Positions 43,627-57,579 of a stretch of 64,000 nt of DNA are shown here, piece by piece. The stretch is from positions 116,374,001 through 116,438,000 of the forward strand of contig OX597819.1 in NCBI GenBank assembly GCA_951406725.2, written 5' to 3'. This stretch comes from Octopus vulgaris (lineage: Eukaryota). Each line of letters starts with the position of its first letter. Position 1 is the stretch's first letter. The notes under the pieces are model-generated. The model saw nothing but the letters and a program-made list of their open reading frames with translations, searched no databases and was not told where the DNA came from. Position numbers and translations under genes: made by a program.

Positions 43627-44139
43627 TATTATATGCCCAGTATAATGTTTTGCGCCTATCATGTGGTTGGACGCAAATGCCCATTCTCCAAATCCAACAC
43701 CCACCTGCACCTTCATAATTTAAATGCACCATCTGTGTGTGCATATATGTGTGTATATATACATGTATGTACATGTTTTCATATATGTGGAAAACTATAT
43801 ACATGAATACATGTTCCCTAACTTAATGATTTCGGATTCAATTCCACTGCCTGGCACAGTATGTATGTGTGTGTGTGTGTGTTTTTGCTTGTGTTTTACA
43901 TACACCAACGTTTAGCGACTGGCGTTTGTATGTTTACATCACTATAACTTGTCGGTTCACAAATAAAAACAGTGGAATAAATGATAGGCTTATAGAATAA
44001 CTAATTAAGTCTGGTCGGCTCGTGGCTATAGTTCAAGACACTAGCCCAAGCAGTGGGACTGAACCTAGAACTATGTGGTTGGTAATAAAACTACTTATGA
44101 CACAACCACTCCTGAACCTACATACATACTTACATACAT

Positions 44140-44199
<60 letters not shown>

Positions 44200-44267
44200 T
44201 TTATTTTATAGAAGGAGCTTCTACAGGACTAGAACTGTTTCATTCAAATGAAATCAAAATACATATG

Positions 44268-44643
44268 AAAGAAGGTTTGAAAATGCAATTTTAAAAGATG
44301 TTTATTTACTTCACCGGTTTCACTTTTTAGAAAAAGATTGTCAAAAGTAACATGTAAAAGTATGGTTGTGTTAATTATTGGTTGTCACAAAATGCTACAA
44401 TACATATATACAGTCTTTGGTAACAAGAACATGTTAAAGGCATAAAAAAGTTTAACAAGTTTTTTTATGTACTTAACATGTTCTTGTTACCAAAGACTGT
44501 ATATATGTGATGTAGCATTTTGTGACAACCAATAATTAACACAACCATACTTTTACATGTTACTTTTGACAATCTTTTTCTAAGAAGTGAAACCGGTGAA
44601 GTAAATAAACATTTTTTAAAATTGCATTTTCAAACCCTTCTTT
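44268..44643. repeat. ~375-bp near-perfect palindrome (arms ~183 bp, ~9-nt spacer), probably an inverted Penelope-like terminal repeat
   Basis: 44268-44450 is the reverse complement of 44460-44643 with few mismatches. Flanked by (TA)n on both sides, and each arm contains a hammerhead-like motif. Confidence 0.92.
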
Positions 44644-44686
44644 AGTATATAATTCCACTCGTGCGGTACCTTACAACTCCACTTTG

Positions 44687-44743
<57 letters not shown>

Positions 44744-44751
44744 GGATATAT

Positions 44752-44815
<64 letters not shown>

Positions 44816-45297
44816 AGATTGTGACGATCTATTTGTATATTTATCATAGCAATACTTTGGAGCAAATGTGTACTCATGGATTGATAAATAGAAATTATTT
44901 TCCTTCTGTAATATCAGAATACAATCATTATTATACATGTTTTCTTTCACTAGGTTTCTCTGTGGGAACCTATTTGCTTTACGTTTCGGGTACATCCACA
45001 TCCAGCCCTGTTGCAATATATGTATGGGTGTGCGGAAGAGAAAATCAACATGATTTTATTGTTAATATGTCAGCTAATTTGTTATTTCTTTAAAAGAGTG
45101 TATCGGTAGTAACGCCAATCTTGTCTGAAATGAGTAAAACCATATGCATTTCGATGCAACATGTCCAATATCTCACTTTCCTTCCGTACGCTAATTGATT
45201 TTCTATAGAATAGATGTCTTAGTTACAACACAAACCAAAATATTTATCTATCTATCTTTCTATCTATCTGTCTGTCTGTCTTTCTGTCGCTCTCTGT

Positions 45298-45356
<59 letters not shown>

Positions 45357-45357
<1 letters not shown>

Positions 45358-46215
45358 CGTGGTCTGATCAATAAATATCCGAATTGTTACTATATTAACG
45401 AAGCTAAGGCGTGCAGAGGGAAGCTGCTTGGCACAAATTGGCGATAAAATGCTGCGCACGCTCACTAAGATTTAACATTCTAGCCCTCTTCCGCTGTTTA
45501 CTGCACTGCTTGGAAATAACGTGTGCAAAGTGTGATCATCGCCTTGACTATGACAGTAGAAGATTGAGCAGAGAATCTGCATCAAATTTTGCCAAATGCT
45601 TGGAGATACCTTCTCAGAAGCCTTCGCAATGTTTTCAAATATGTTTTCATAGCTCTCCATACAACTAAGATCTTGTGCAATTTGGTCAGCTGAAGGCAGG
45701 TTTGGCGCAAACTGGGCAGATGTGCGTCTCATAACCAAACCTTCAGTGAGAATTCATTGAACTGAACCTTAACCTATATGCACATCCTCTGATGGAACAC
45801 GGATGGTGAATCGACGATTTCCCCTCACAGCTGCACTTACATCTGCAATGTTTTTCTCTGTTCTGCTGATTGCGAGTCTCTCAGAACGTTCGATGGCATC
45901 GACACTTTTTCGGTGATCTTCGAAACGTCTGAAACACTCGTGTTCGGCTCATACATTCCTCTCCATATGGTATTTGCAACGCTGCGTAGACCTCTGTGCA
46001 TGTATCGCCATCACAACTTTCTGTGTCATAGTCAATACGACTATCTTACGCTACACCCTTTCCTTCCAAATACTGCTGTAAACAGCGGAAGTGAGCTAGT
46101 ACATAAAAAGGTAGTGCGTATGCACAATAGAATTCAATCCCAAGCGGCTTTACTCTGCCTGTTTTCGCTTCGTTGCTATGGGAACAGTCCGGATACATAT
46201 TGATCCGACCTCACA
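45357..46215. mobile_element. Non-autonomous mariner derivative made of two opposed 5' ends
   Basis: Imperfect TIRs: ggtctgatcaataaatatccgaattgtt versus reverse complement ggtcggatcaatatgtatccggactgtt. The + strand has EQRICIKFCQMLG near 45565, and the minus strand at 45660-46030 also encodes an N-terminal transposase remnant (YGEECMSRTRVF). Confidence 0.75.
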
Positions 46216-46235
46216 TATATAATTTTTATTCGTGT

Positions 46236-46608
46236 ACTTCTTTGTTATTTTACTGTGGCCATGCTGGAGCACAACCTTAATGGGTGGTAGTCGAAGAAAT
46301 TGACCCCAGGACTTATTCTCTGTAAGCCTAGTACTACTAACATCTTTCACTTTTGCCGAGGCGCTAAGTTGCAGGACATAAACACACCAGTATCGATTGT
46401 TAAACAATTGTTGGGGGACAAACACACACACACAAATACACATATACGACGGGCCCCTTCCAGTTTCCGTCTACGAAATCCACTCAAAAGACTTTGCTTA
46501 GCTCGAGGCTATGGGGGAAGACACTTTCCCAATATGTCACGCAGTTGTACTGAACCCGGAACCATATGGTTGGGAAGCTAGTTTCTTTACTACACTGGCA
46601 CGCCTGCG

Positions 46609-46609
<1 letters not shown>
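46236..46609 (-). mobile_element. SINE family A, diverged
   Basis: Aligns to the family A reverse complement. Confidence 0.85.
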
Positions 46610-46651
<42 letters not shown>

Positions 46652-47938
46652 CGATGTTTTTTATGCGTATGTGAGTTTGTATGTATGGCTGTTTGTTTAT
46701 GGCGTTTTGTGTATGTGTACTTGTGTAACTGAGCTTTTGTGATATATGCATGCATGTTTACACAGACAGACGGACAAATACACGCATACTCTCTCCGATC
46801 CACGTACACAACCACGCATATTTACAATGTTATATATCTATACATGTATACATTCATACATGATATGAGAATCCCTATGCAATTTGTAATTTTTTATCTA
46901 TTATACCCACGCAAAAGTGCTTTGTTCCTCAACAGAGAGGTAATAAAATGTAGATAAAGTATAACATTGTCCTGAATTATATACAGTGAACAGAACATGT
47001 CGTGTAATTAGATTACTCTCATCGTACCCATTTCTGATACTGAGTTCCTCTTAAAGGAGAAACGCCATATTTTACAAAGCTACAAATCGCCATTTTTGGA
47101 ATCTGTATAATGAAAAATTGTCGATATAAATGTTGATAGCTGTTTGACTATTTTGTGCCGTCCCGCTGTACATTATATAGAAAGAGAGAGAGATAGACAG
47201 AGAGAGAGAGAGAGAAAGAAAGAAAGAGAGAGAGAGAAATAAAGAAAGAGAGAGTAAAATAGATATAACAATTGAGTTAAAATAAGAAGCACAGGAAGAG
47301 TGTACAAACGAGATTCGGTGAAATGCAATGATTAAGCTACGCCCCACACGCTTACAGAAACAGAGGAAAAGTATCATAGAGATAGAGAAGGACAAAGAGT
47401 TGGAGTAAACTTAGAATAGCTACTGGGGCACTTATAAAGGCGAGAAATTTGTTTTATTTAATTTTAGTTAACCGTAATAAATATTTTCCCTTTGAAAATA
47501 AGCATACATTTCATCATTTTGTCTAAGTAGCAAGCAGTTTTAGTAAAAACTAAATTATGATAATTTCATGTGTACCATATTTCCTATTATACGTATAGTT
47601 GACCCTCATTTAGCGTTTAACACTCTAGTAGCAAATGTCTTGGTAACGATATTCTTCTTAAGGTTAGAGTGCTGCTTCAGATTTTGTATGTTAATTTATT
47701 TGTTCTTTTACCTTATCTTGAGAGATCTTATTCCTATGACAGGAGGAATATATGGTGTTCCCATATTTCCATAAAATCTATTTACGACTACATCCCTGTA
47801 GTTGTAAATAGTGCTATTTCACCCTGTATTTATTGTATAGTATGTAATAATAAATTCTAAGTAATTGGCAACTGGAAGAACTTAAATTCGGGAGAAAACA
47901 TTTCATAGAATGCTTTTAGACAAATGCTGATACTAATA

Positions 47939-48435
<497 letters not shown>

Positions 48436-48639
48436 AAAAAATACTTGCTCAGCGTTTGACACTTGACGATGTAGAAGCTTACTTATTTAACGAAGGTTTG
48501 TGAATTTAATAAATATATTTATTAGTTTGGATACTAATTAACAGAATATAGAAATGTATGCTGTGGAGAAGATAAGGTTTTTGGCGAAGTAAACTAACCA
48601 GACAGGTTCAATAGCTGATTTCTTTCAAATAAAGGCATG

Positions 48640-48810
48640 CCATTTTGGGAAAGAAGGATAATTTATAACATCAACCCCAAAGCTCAACAGCCCCCCAAAA
48701 ATGAAAGAAAAGTCGATCTCGGTTAAATTTGATCTCTGAACGTGAAGCCGGAAGAAATGAATTCAAGCATTTCGTTCTACAGGTTAACGATTCAACCAGC
48801 CCTCAGCCTT
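48640..48810 (-). mobile_element. Old SINE family B remnant
   Basis: atgaaagaaaagtcgatctcggttaaatttgatctctgaacgtg resembles the family B body. Confidence 0.6.
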
Positions 48811-49702
48811 GGTTCCATAACTTATAAAAAACCCCAGTTATTCTGAGTAGGTAGAATATCCTTAAGAAAGTTTTGAATTTTATGGAAACAATACTTTACT
48901 TAACAATGTGTATTCCTATCTAACGAAAAAAAATTTACAATGTGATAAACAATTACGTTCATTTCTATTCGAAATTTGTATAATTCGATTTTCAGATATT
49001 AACTAACAATTTACAATAGATTCAGAGATTTACATCATTCATAATTTGAGTTAAACACACCCATATTTCATAAATTGCCATAGTAACCGAGAAAAATATT
49101 GTTAAGATATTTCTTTAGCAGAGATGCAAGCAACTTTCGACATTAAATGTAATACACATAGAAATACAAATAATCAATTTTAGCAAAACAACAAAGGAGG
49201 AAAAACTTTAAAATTACATTAGAGATTGTCTTCAGTAATTTTGGTGCAAATTATCAAAGCCGAATGTAAAGACTTGATGTTAGTTCCATTTCCAAATTCT
49301 GTCATTTTTGTCACTACAATTATAATGATTATAGTCGAAGCTTCTCTCACAAGACATTTTCTTACAATACTGCCAAGAGAAGATATATTTTCGATACGTA
49401 CATACACATACAAACACACATATATACATACATGTATACATAGATACACACACACACACACACGCACATACATACACATGTACACACACACAAACACATA
49501 TGTATATATATGTGTATATATAATGTAGTAAATCCCCCAAAATGAAGAACAAACTCAAGAAAAAACAACGCGAGAACGTGATAGAGGCAAATTATTAGCA
49601 GACGCTAAGGGAATGAAAGGAAGATGGTTTTAGGTTTCGAGTAAACTCTTCTGAAAAAGGAGTCAGAGGAAAGTCGCAAGATCGCCAATGATTCACGTGT
49701 GG

Positions 49703-49774
<72 letters not shown>

Positions 49775-49923
49775 GTATATATATGTATATGTATAAATAT
49801 ATATATATATATGTATATGTATAAATATATAAAACTTAGATATGTTTCGACCAGAGATTGGTCCAGGCCATGTCTAACTTAATAGCACCACCTGATAGGA
49901 TTATTTGAATCCTGTTTAAGTCA

Positions 49924-50567
49924 AGTTTTGTTCAAGTAGTGAGTTCTTGTTGGGTGAGTTGTATCCAGTTTTGTTCAAGTAGTGAGTTCTTGTTGGGTGA
50001 GTTGTATCCAATTATGGGTGGCTTATCTGGTATTCTTTGAAGGAATCTATCCAGACTCTGTTTGAAGTTGATGGGATCCTTTTCCTCTTTGATCTCCCTC
50101 GGGACAATGTTAAATAGGGCAGGGCCTGTTGAGGAAAAGAAATTATGTTGCAGTGTACATGTATGTTGTGATCTTGAATTTGGCAGGGGACGTATAGCCC
50201 GTGGTCCAAGTCTCGGATGAACCTTGAAGCTAATGTTTAGGTCGTTTTGGCAAAGTTGGCGGTATATTTTCCACATCGTACAAATGATGTACCGCTCACG
50301 GCGACGCTGGAGGGAGTAAAGTTGCAAGGCTTTAAGGCGATCCCAATAGTCGAGAGCAGCCATGCCTTCAATTTGTTTAGTGAGAGCCCTCTGGGGTGAC
50401 TCAATTCTGGAGATGTTTTGTCTTGTGTGAGGAGACCACAGTGGGCAGCAGTATTCAAGGTGTGGCCGTACAAAGGATGAAAAAAGTGGTATGATGACAC
50501 CTTGTTCTCTGGACCGGAAAGTTCTTAAGATCCAGGAACTCATCCTACGAGCTGTATCGACCTTCTT
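49924..50567 (-). mobile_element. CR1-clade LINE, 5'-truncated 3' end (C-terminus of ORF2)
   Basis: Uninterrupted ~210 aa: [12 protein letters not shown]...[20 protein letters not shown]...IESPQR...[20 protein letters not shown]...[10 protein letters not shown] 43-nt tandem duplication lies at the 3' end. Confidence 0.92.
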
Positions 50568-51205
<638 letters not shown>

Positions 51206-51889
51206 GAACAGAAGAGAAAAAGTATAAAAAATGCGTGTGTGGTATGACCATAGTAGGATGGTGGTGGAATCCTCTTAAATGGTCAAGTGACATAAAAGTG
51301 ACCTGTTTTGATGTAATAGTAGTGATTGGAATTGTTCTGAATAAATTCGTGGGTAGTGATGTTCTGAATATATTGTTTTTAGTATTTGTGTGGGTATATC
51401 TCTATGGCCCTTGTAATAGTATCATTTGTGGTGGACACATTCAAAAGGGGTTTATATTTTGTGATAAAATATAACTCTTTACTGATACGCTGACTACAGA
51501 TTGCATCGTCCCTGAATTTCTAGAGGGGAAAATTCTGGAGCTCCATTTCGAAATAAGACAATATAGGCATTGTTGAAAACTAAATGTGGTAATTTCAGTC
51601 ATAAAGAATCTAATCCCTAATTATCTGAAAGTCCTAAGCAAAAACATTAGTAAGATGATTTCCAAAATATCTTCAAATAAATATCTTCAAACATATTGCG
51701 CTAAATCTGAGCAGAATTGGATTCATCTACAGGCTCTAACACATCGCCGCCTCACAACTGTATATCTACTCTGTCAGGAATTGTGAGCCGTCTTCCATGC
51801 GCTATTATGTGAGACGCACCAAGGCCTATACGCATATTTAGTTACATGTTAATGAGAAGTTTCTATTAGTACATATCAGCAGAGCTCTG

Positions 51890-52290
51890 GATTGAGAAAG
51901 GCTTTAGAGCATCGGGAAAAAAATAAAGACTGTCCTATTATTTCTTATGTCTCTTTACATTTTGAGTTCAAATCTCGCTGACTCTGCCAATCGTTTCGCC
52001 TGCCATGTATTCTAATAAATGTAATCGACTAACAAACTTGACTTAAAATTATTCGAACGTGTCGATGTTCGAACAATTCCTGCAATTTGTCAACTCTGTT
52101 AAAACATTGGGATGCGAGCTCTCTGAATAGTTATCACGCCGGACAAAATGCTCAGCAGCATTCTTATCCGTCTTTGCCCTCTAAGTTCTAATCTTGCGGA
52201 GGACCAATTTGGCTTTCATCCTTTTGCCGTCTATAAAATAAGTACCAGTTGAACACTAGTACCAATGTAATCGACTTATACACTCTTCCG
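51890..52290 (+). mobile_element. Cluster of old SINE family B remnants
   Basis: Repeated decayed gagttcaaatctcgc and ggctttcatccttt...taaaataagtaccag...tgtaatcgact motifs. Confidence 0.55.
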
Positions 52291-52350
52291 AAGTTGCTGG
52301 ACTCGTATCAATATGTGTGTGTGTGTGTATGTGTATGTAATTATATACAT

Positions 52351-52392
<42 letters not shown>

Positions 52393-52920
52393 GTATATAT
52401 ATATACACACACACAATCACACGTACTTACATCAGACATATGCAGACATATGTTGTGCTATTATAAAAACCTGTATAATCATTCCACCCTGACTTGTAAA
52501 GTCGATTCGATTTCCTTAATGTTATGCGAGAAAAAAAATCATTGTATCAATAATCAAATTGATATTTTTTGAAACCAATAAATTAATGCATAAACAAAAT
52601 AGATAAATAAATAAGTATAAAATCCTAAGATCAATATCAATACTTGTTATATTATATTCTCACCATCGGTATATGTAATCAAATTGGGCTAACATTTACA
52701 ATACGCGGAACAAATCGAGTTATACTTCTTCCTATCGTTATTGCTACTACGACTGTCACCGTCGTCGTGATCGTCAAATTCCCCATTTTCGTCTTCGAAT
52801 AACTCCTATTCCTTTCCTCCTCCTCCTCTCCTCTTCCTCCCCCTCATCATGATCATCATCGTCATCAACATCTGTTCTTATTTGTATGATTAAAAAAAAA
52901 TATAAATATGATTATTACAA

Positions 52921-53150
52921 GGCGGCGAGCTGGCAGAAACGTTAGCACGCCGGGCGAAATGCGTAGCCGTATTTTGTCTGTCGTTACGTTCCGAGTTCAA
53001 ATTTCGCCGAGGTCGACTTTGCATTTCCTCCTTTCGGGGTCGATAAATTAAGTACCAGTTACGCACTGGGGTCGATGTAATCGACTTAATCCGTTTGTCT
53101 GTCCTTGTTTGTCCCCTCTGTTATAGCCCCCTGTGGGTAGTAAAGAAATA
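52921..53150 (+). mobile_element. Full-length SINE family B, followed by older diverged copies to ~53520
   Basis: Head ggcggcgagctggcagaaacgttagcacgccggg and tail gtgggtagtaaagaaata. Confidence 0.9.
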
Positions 53151-53586
53151 TATATAAGGAGCAAAGATGGAAGAATCGTTAGCACGCCAGACACACTGCT
53201 CAGCGGCATTTCGTCCGTCATCACGGTCTGTGTTCAAATTCCACCGAAGTCAACTCAGCCATTTGTCGTTTCGAAGTCGGTAAAGTAAATACCAAGTTGA
53301 GCACTGGTTGCCGATGTAATCTACTGCCCCTCCCGCCTCCAAAATGCCTAACGCTCTGCCTATATTAGAAGAATTATTATTATTACTAAGTCAGCAAGAT
53401 GACAGAACCATTAGCATGTGGAACAAAATGATTACCAGAATTTCTTCCAGCTTGTTCTTTTCCTTTTCCAAATTCCTCTGAGGTCTACTTAGCTTTTTTT
53501 CTATTTTCGGAATGGATAAAGTATCCAACAAATGTTGGTTTCAAACATTTGGCATAAGGCCAGCAAGTTTATGAGTTGGTGGGTAA

Positions 53587-53898
53587 GTTATGTTGTTGTT
53601 TGTTCCTTCCCGAGCCATGCCTAGCTCATTAGGGCCGGTTTCCCAGTTTCTTAGCGTATAGGTTTCCCACCTGGACGGGACGCCGGTCCGTCGCAGGTGA
53701 GCTGCAAGGTGCAGGAGGAAAGAGTGAGAGAATGTTGTGGCAAAAGAGTCAACAGAAGTTCGCCTTTACATTCTGCCGGAGCCATGTGGATCTTAGGCGT
53801 TTCGCTCATAAACATACACATCGCCCGGTTTGAGATTCGAACCCGTGATCCCTCAACCGCGAATTCGCTGCTCTAACCACTAGGCCATGTACCTCCAC
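53587..53898 (-). mobile_element. SINE family D (head related to family C, different body)
   Basis: Minus head gtggaggtacatggcctagtggttagagcagcg...gggttcgaatctc, body acctgcgacggaccggcgtcccgtccagg, (aac)n tail. TSD ttggtgggtaa at 53576-53586 and 53899-53909. Confidence 0.88.
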
Positions 53899-54560
53899 TT
53901 GGTGGGTAAATCTACTTCATCGACCTCTGTGTTTAACAGGTATTTATTTTATCGATGCCGAAACGATTACGGGCAAAGTCGACCTCGGCGGAATTTGAGC
54001 TCAGATTGTAAAAACAGATGAAATGCCACTAAATATTGTTACTGGCGTGATAACTATTCTGGCAGCTCTCCGCTGATGCTCCAGTCAAATATTCAGATCG
54101 ATGTGATCGATTTGCCCCACTCTTCCCCAAACTGTTGGTCTTGTGGCAAGTCTGGAGACCGTGAGCAGGGTGACTAAACCATACTGCATGTTTTCGAGCA
54201 TTACTTATAGGGCGAGTCCGACTATCGAACAGCACCGCCCATCTTCAACCAAGTAATGGATGTAGTGTTCTTTCTATGGTGACTTTGGTAGACGAGCCTG
54301 ATACCTTCTTCCATGTAGAAGTTCTTTAATTTCAGCTTGGAAAGGAAAGTGATGGCGGAATGGTAAGTCCCATGTACGAATCAATTTCTCATCAGATGGG
54401 TGATGGTGGCAAAGACACAATGAAGGTGAATGAACCTGCCCTAAGTGTGCACTTCAAGACAAGAGAACAACCGTCACACAAGCCCTTGATTCCTTTGAGT
54501 TCAGCGGATCACCGGCTCGTAGGGTTACTTGAGTGACTAGCTGGAAGTTGTATTTAGATA

Positions 54561-54990
54561 TTTTCTATTCTCTTTTTCTCTTTTTACTCTTTTTACTTGT
54601 TTCAGTCATTTGACTGCGGCCATGCTGGAGCACCGCCTTTAGTCGAGCAAATCGACCCCGGGACTTATTCTCTGTAAGTCCAGTACTTATTCTATCGGTC
54701 TCTTTTGCCGAACCGCTAAGTGACGGGGACGTAAACACACCAGCATCGGTTGTCAAGCAATGCTAGGGGAACAAACACAGACACACAAACATATTCACAC
54801 ACACTTATATATATATATAAGTGTGTACGACAGGCTTCTTTCAGTTTCCGTCTACCAAATCCACTCACAAGGCATAAGTCGGCCCGGAGCTATAGCAGAA
54901 GACACGTGCCCAAGATGCCACGCAGTGGGACTGAACCCGGAACCATGTGGTTGGTTAGCAAGCTACTTACCAAACAGCCACTCCTGCGCC
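54561..54990 (-). mobile_element. SINE family A, full length
   Basis: Complete reverse-complement match to family A. Confidence 0.92.
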
Positions 54991-55898
54991 TATATTATGC
55001 ATTCTTTTATCTCATTTTTTCTTTCCCTGACTTTCTCCCGCCCCTCCCTCATTTATGTAAAGCCTAACACAAATTGTAAAACCTGTCCCCTGATAATGCT
55101 CCCCTAGCAACTAAATTATCATTAGTTGCATAGGTTTAATGTATGTATGAATATTTCTACATAAATACATACGTGGATAAAAACACGCACAAACATGTAT
55201 ATATGCATAATTATACGCACACTCATACATACACATGAACGCGCGGACACACACTCTGACATACACACACAGACATTCACACATACACACACACACACAC
55301 ATATATATATTAGTATTATTAGTCGATGCCATTTCTGCTCGGTAATTGTAATGTTTTAGCTAATTAACTTGCTCAATACTGTTATTTTTTTTACTGTCCT
55401 TGTCCTACTATTGATTTAATTTTAGTTTACACACACACATATATATTAATGTGTGTGTGTGTGGTTATGTTTGTGTGTGCGTTTATATATATATGTGTGT
55501 GTATGTGTGCATGCACACATGCATACATACCTATCTATCTATCTGTCTGTCTATACACACGTATTTAAACACTACGTACACCTATGTACCCACATACTTG
55601 TCCGAAAAAAATCATTGACAACTAGTATATGGGTCTGAATGCAATATTAATTAGTAGAATTAAATTGGAAGAATTTCGTTCGTTTGTAAATCGTTGTAGA
55701 TGTGTTTGCATTAACGGAAACATAGTGGTAACATATTGGAGGAAGAATCTGAGTTGTTTGCCTTCTCTATGTGCAAACGTATTCAATGTAAAACAGGAAC
55801 GAGATAACAAACATCACTCATATTGAGTTTGGCATCAAGATATAATGTAGAAGGGATCAATTATTGCTTTGGTACTTTGCGTTAGCCATAAATGCTAA

Positions 55899-56291
55899 TA
55901 CTCTTTTACTCTTTTACTTGTTTCAGTCATCTGACTGAGGCCATGCTGGAGCACTGCCTTTAGTTGAGCAGGTCGACCCCAGGACTTATTCTTTGTAAGC
56001 CTAGTACTTATTTTATCGGTCTCTTTTGCCGAACCGCTAAGTTACGGGGACGTAAACACACCAGCATTGGTTGCCAAGTGATGTTGGAGGGGGACAGACA
56101 TACACACAAACATATATATACATATATACGACGAGCTTCTTTCAGTTTCCATCTACCAAATCCACTCACAAGGCTTTGATCGGTCCGAGGCTATAGTAGA
56201 AGAAATTTGCCCAAGGTACTACGCAGTGGGACTGAACCCGGAACAATATGGTTCGTAAGTAAGCTACTTACCACACAGCCACTCCTGTTCC
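55899..56291 (-). mobile_element. SINE family A, full length
   Basis: Complete reverse-complement match to family A. Confidence 0.92.
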
Positions 56292-56608
56292 TTTTCGCTA
56301 TAGGAAGAAATCCTGAAATTTTTGCGGGTGTGGTTAGTCGATTTGGTCGACTGCAATGCTTGACTTGTATGCAATTTATCGACGCTGAAAAGAGGAGAGG
56401 TGGAGCCGGAAGAAGAATGTGAAGCCGCAAGAAAATTGTGAAGCCGGAAGAAATGCTTCTAAGCGTTTTATTCGGCGTACTAACGACTGTGTTTGCTATC
56501 CTCTTTCCTAATTTCTTATAATGATACTTTGATTTTGTTGTAAGCCCGGTCGGCTGGAACTAATCGAATTTATGTTCCGATGCGTTCATATTATTTAGAT
56601 TTCCCATT

Positions 56609-56990
56609 TTATTGGGTTGGCCAAAATGTCTGTTCGCTTTTTGTCGATACTAAATTACAAGAAGAATGATAAGAAGCTAGCTTCATTCAGTTCCTTTCAC
56701 ATGCGCTCTCGACCACTCGAAGTACTTAGATGCGAACTTCTGACGAGGCAGGTTGTATTTTGTGTATTTAGGATCACCTTGAAAATTGGAGAACAAAAAC
56801 AAAATGGAGAAAAGATGTAAAAGTTCATCTTGATGTGCTTTCGCCGCAAAAGAGAGAAAATTCTCTGAGCTGGGAATAATGGATTTGCCAAAAATGGCAG
56901 AAGATACTGAAACGAATCGGTAATTATGTAAATATATAACATGAAGAATAAAACACTTCGTGTTTAAAACTTGTGTCTTATTTGGAATAC
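56609..56990 (+). mobile_element. Possible mariner-derived MITE or deletion derivative
   Basis: Starts TATTGGGTTGGCCAAAA (mariner-like TIR start) and has a KWQKILKRIGNY-like transposase C-terminal remnant. The right TIR is not recognisable. Confidence 0.4.
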
Positions 56991-57462
56991 GGAGCTGAAT
57001 TTTTTAAGTATACAATGGCTAGTTAAATTAGGATTCGTGTTTAATGTAAATAGATTTAAAATGTTGACTGTTGATAATATTACAGCAATGAAAACACGAT
57101 ACTAGTTTATGATTAAATGAGACTAAATGATGTTAGATATGAAAGTAGATTTGTTTTCGATTTTTGCAGATCTTGGGCTCAAATTGAAGTCAACATCGTT
57201 ACATATAAATGCCAATAATGGTGCGTTAGTCCTCCATAAATTAACCGAACCTATCGGTTTCATAAATAGCAAAAGTCTCAAGTTCGTTTCCTCTCTATCA
57301 TAGTTAAAAAGAATAGAAAGTGATAATAAATATAGTGAAGAAACATACACTGTTCGGTGAAAGCACATAAAATTGTTCCTTCCATTTCCTTAAGTACAAC
57401 ATAGCCAAATAAACCAACATTAATGCGAAGTATGGTACTATCGAAATGGCATGTAGGAACTA

Positions 57463-57579
<117 letters not shown>

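Noticed and set aside
49625-49660. Hammerhead-like remnant (reverse complement cagaagagtttactcgaaacc); similar weak cases at 2520-2570, 11615-11660 and 49835-49880
   Set aside because: Cores and stem I are too degenerate to support.
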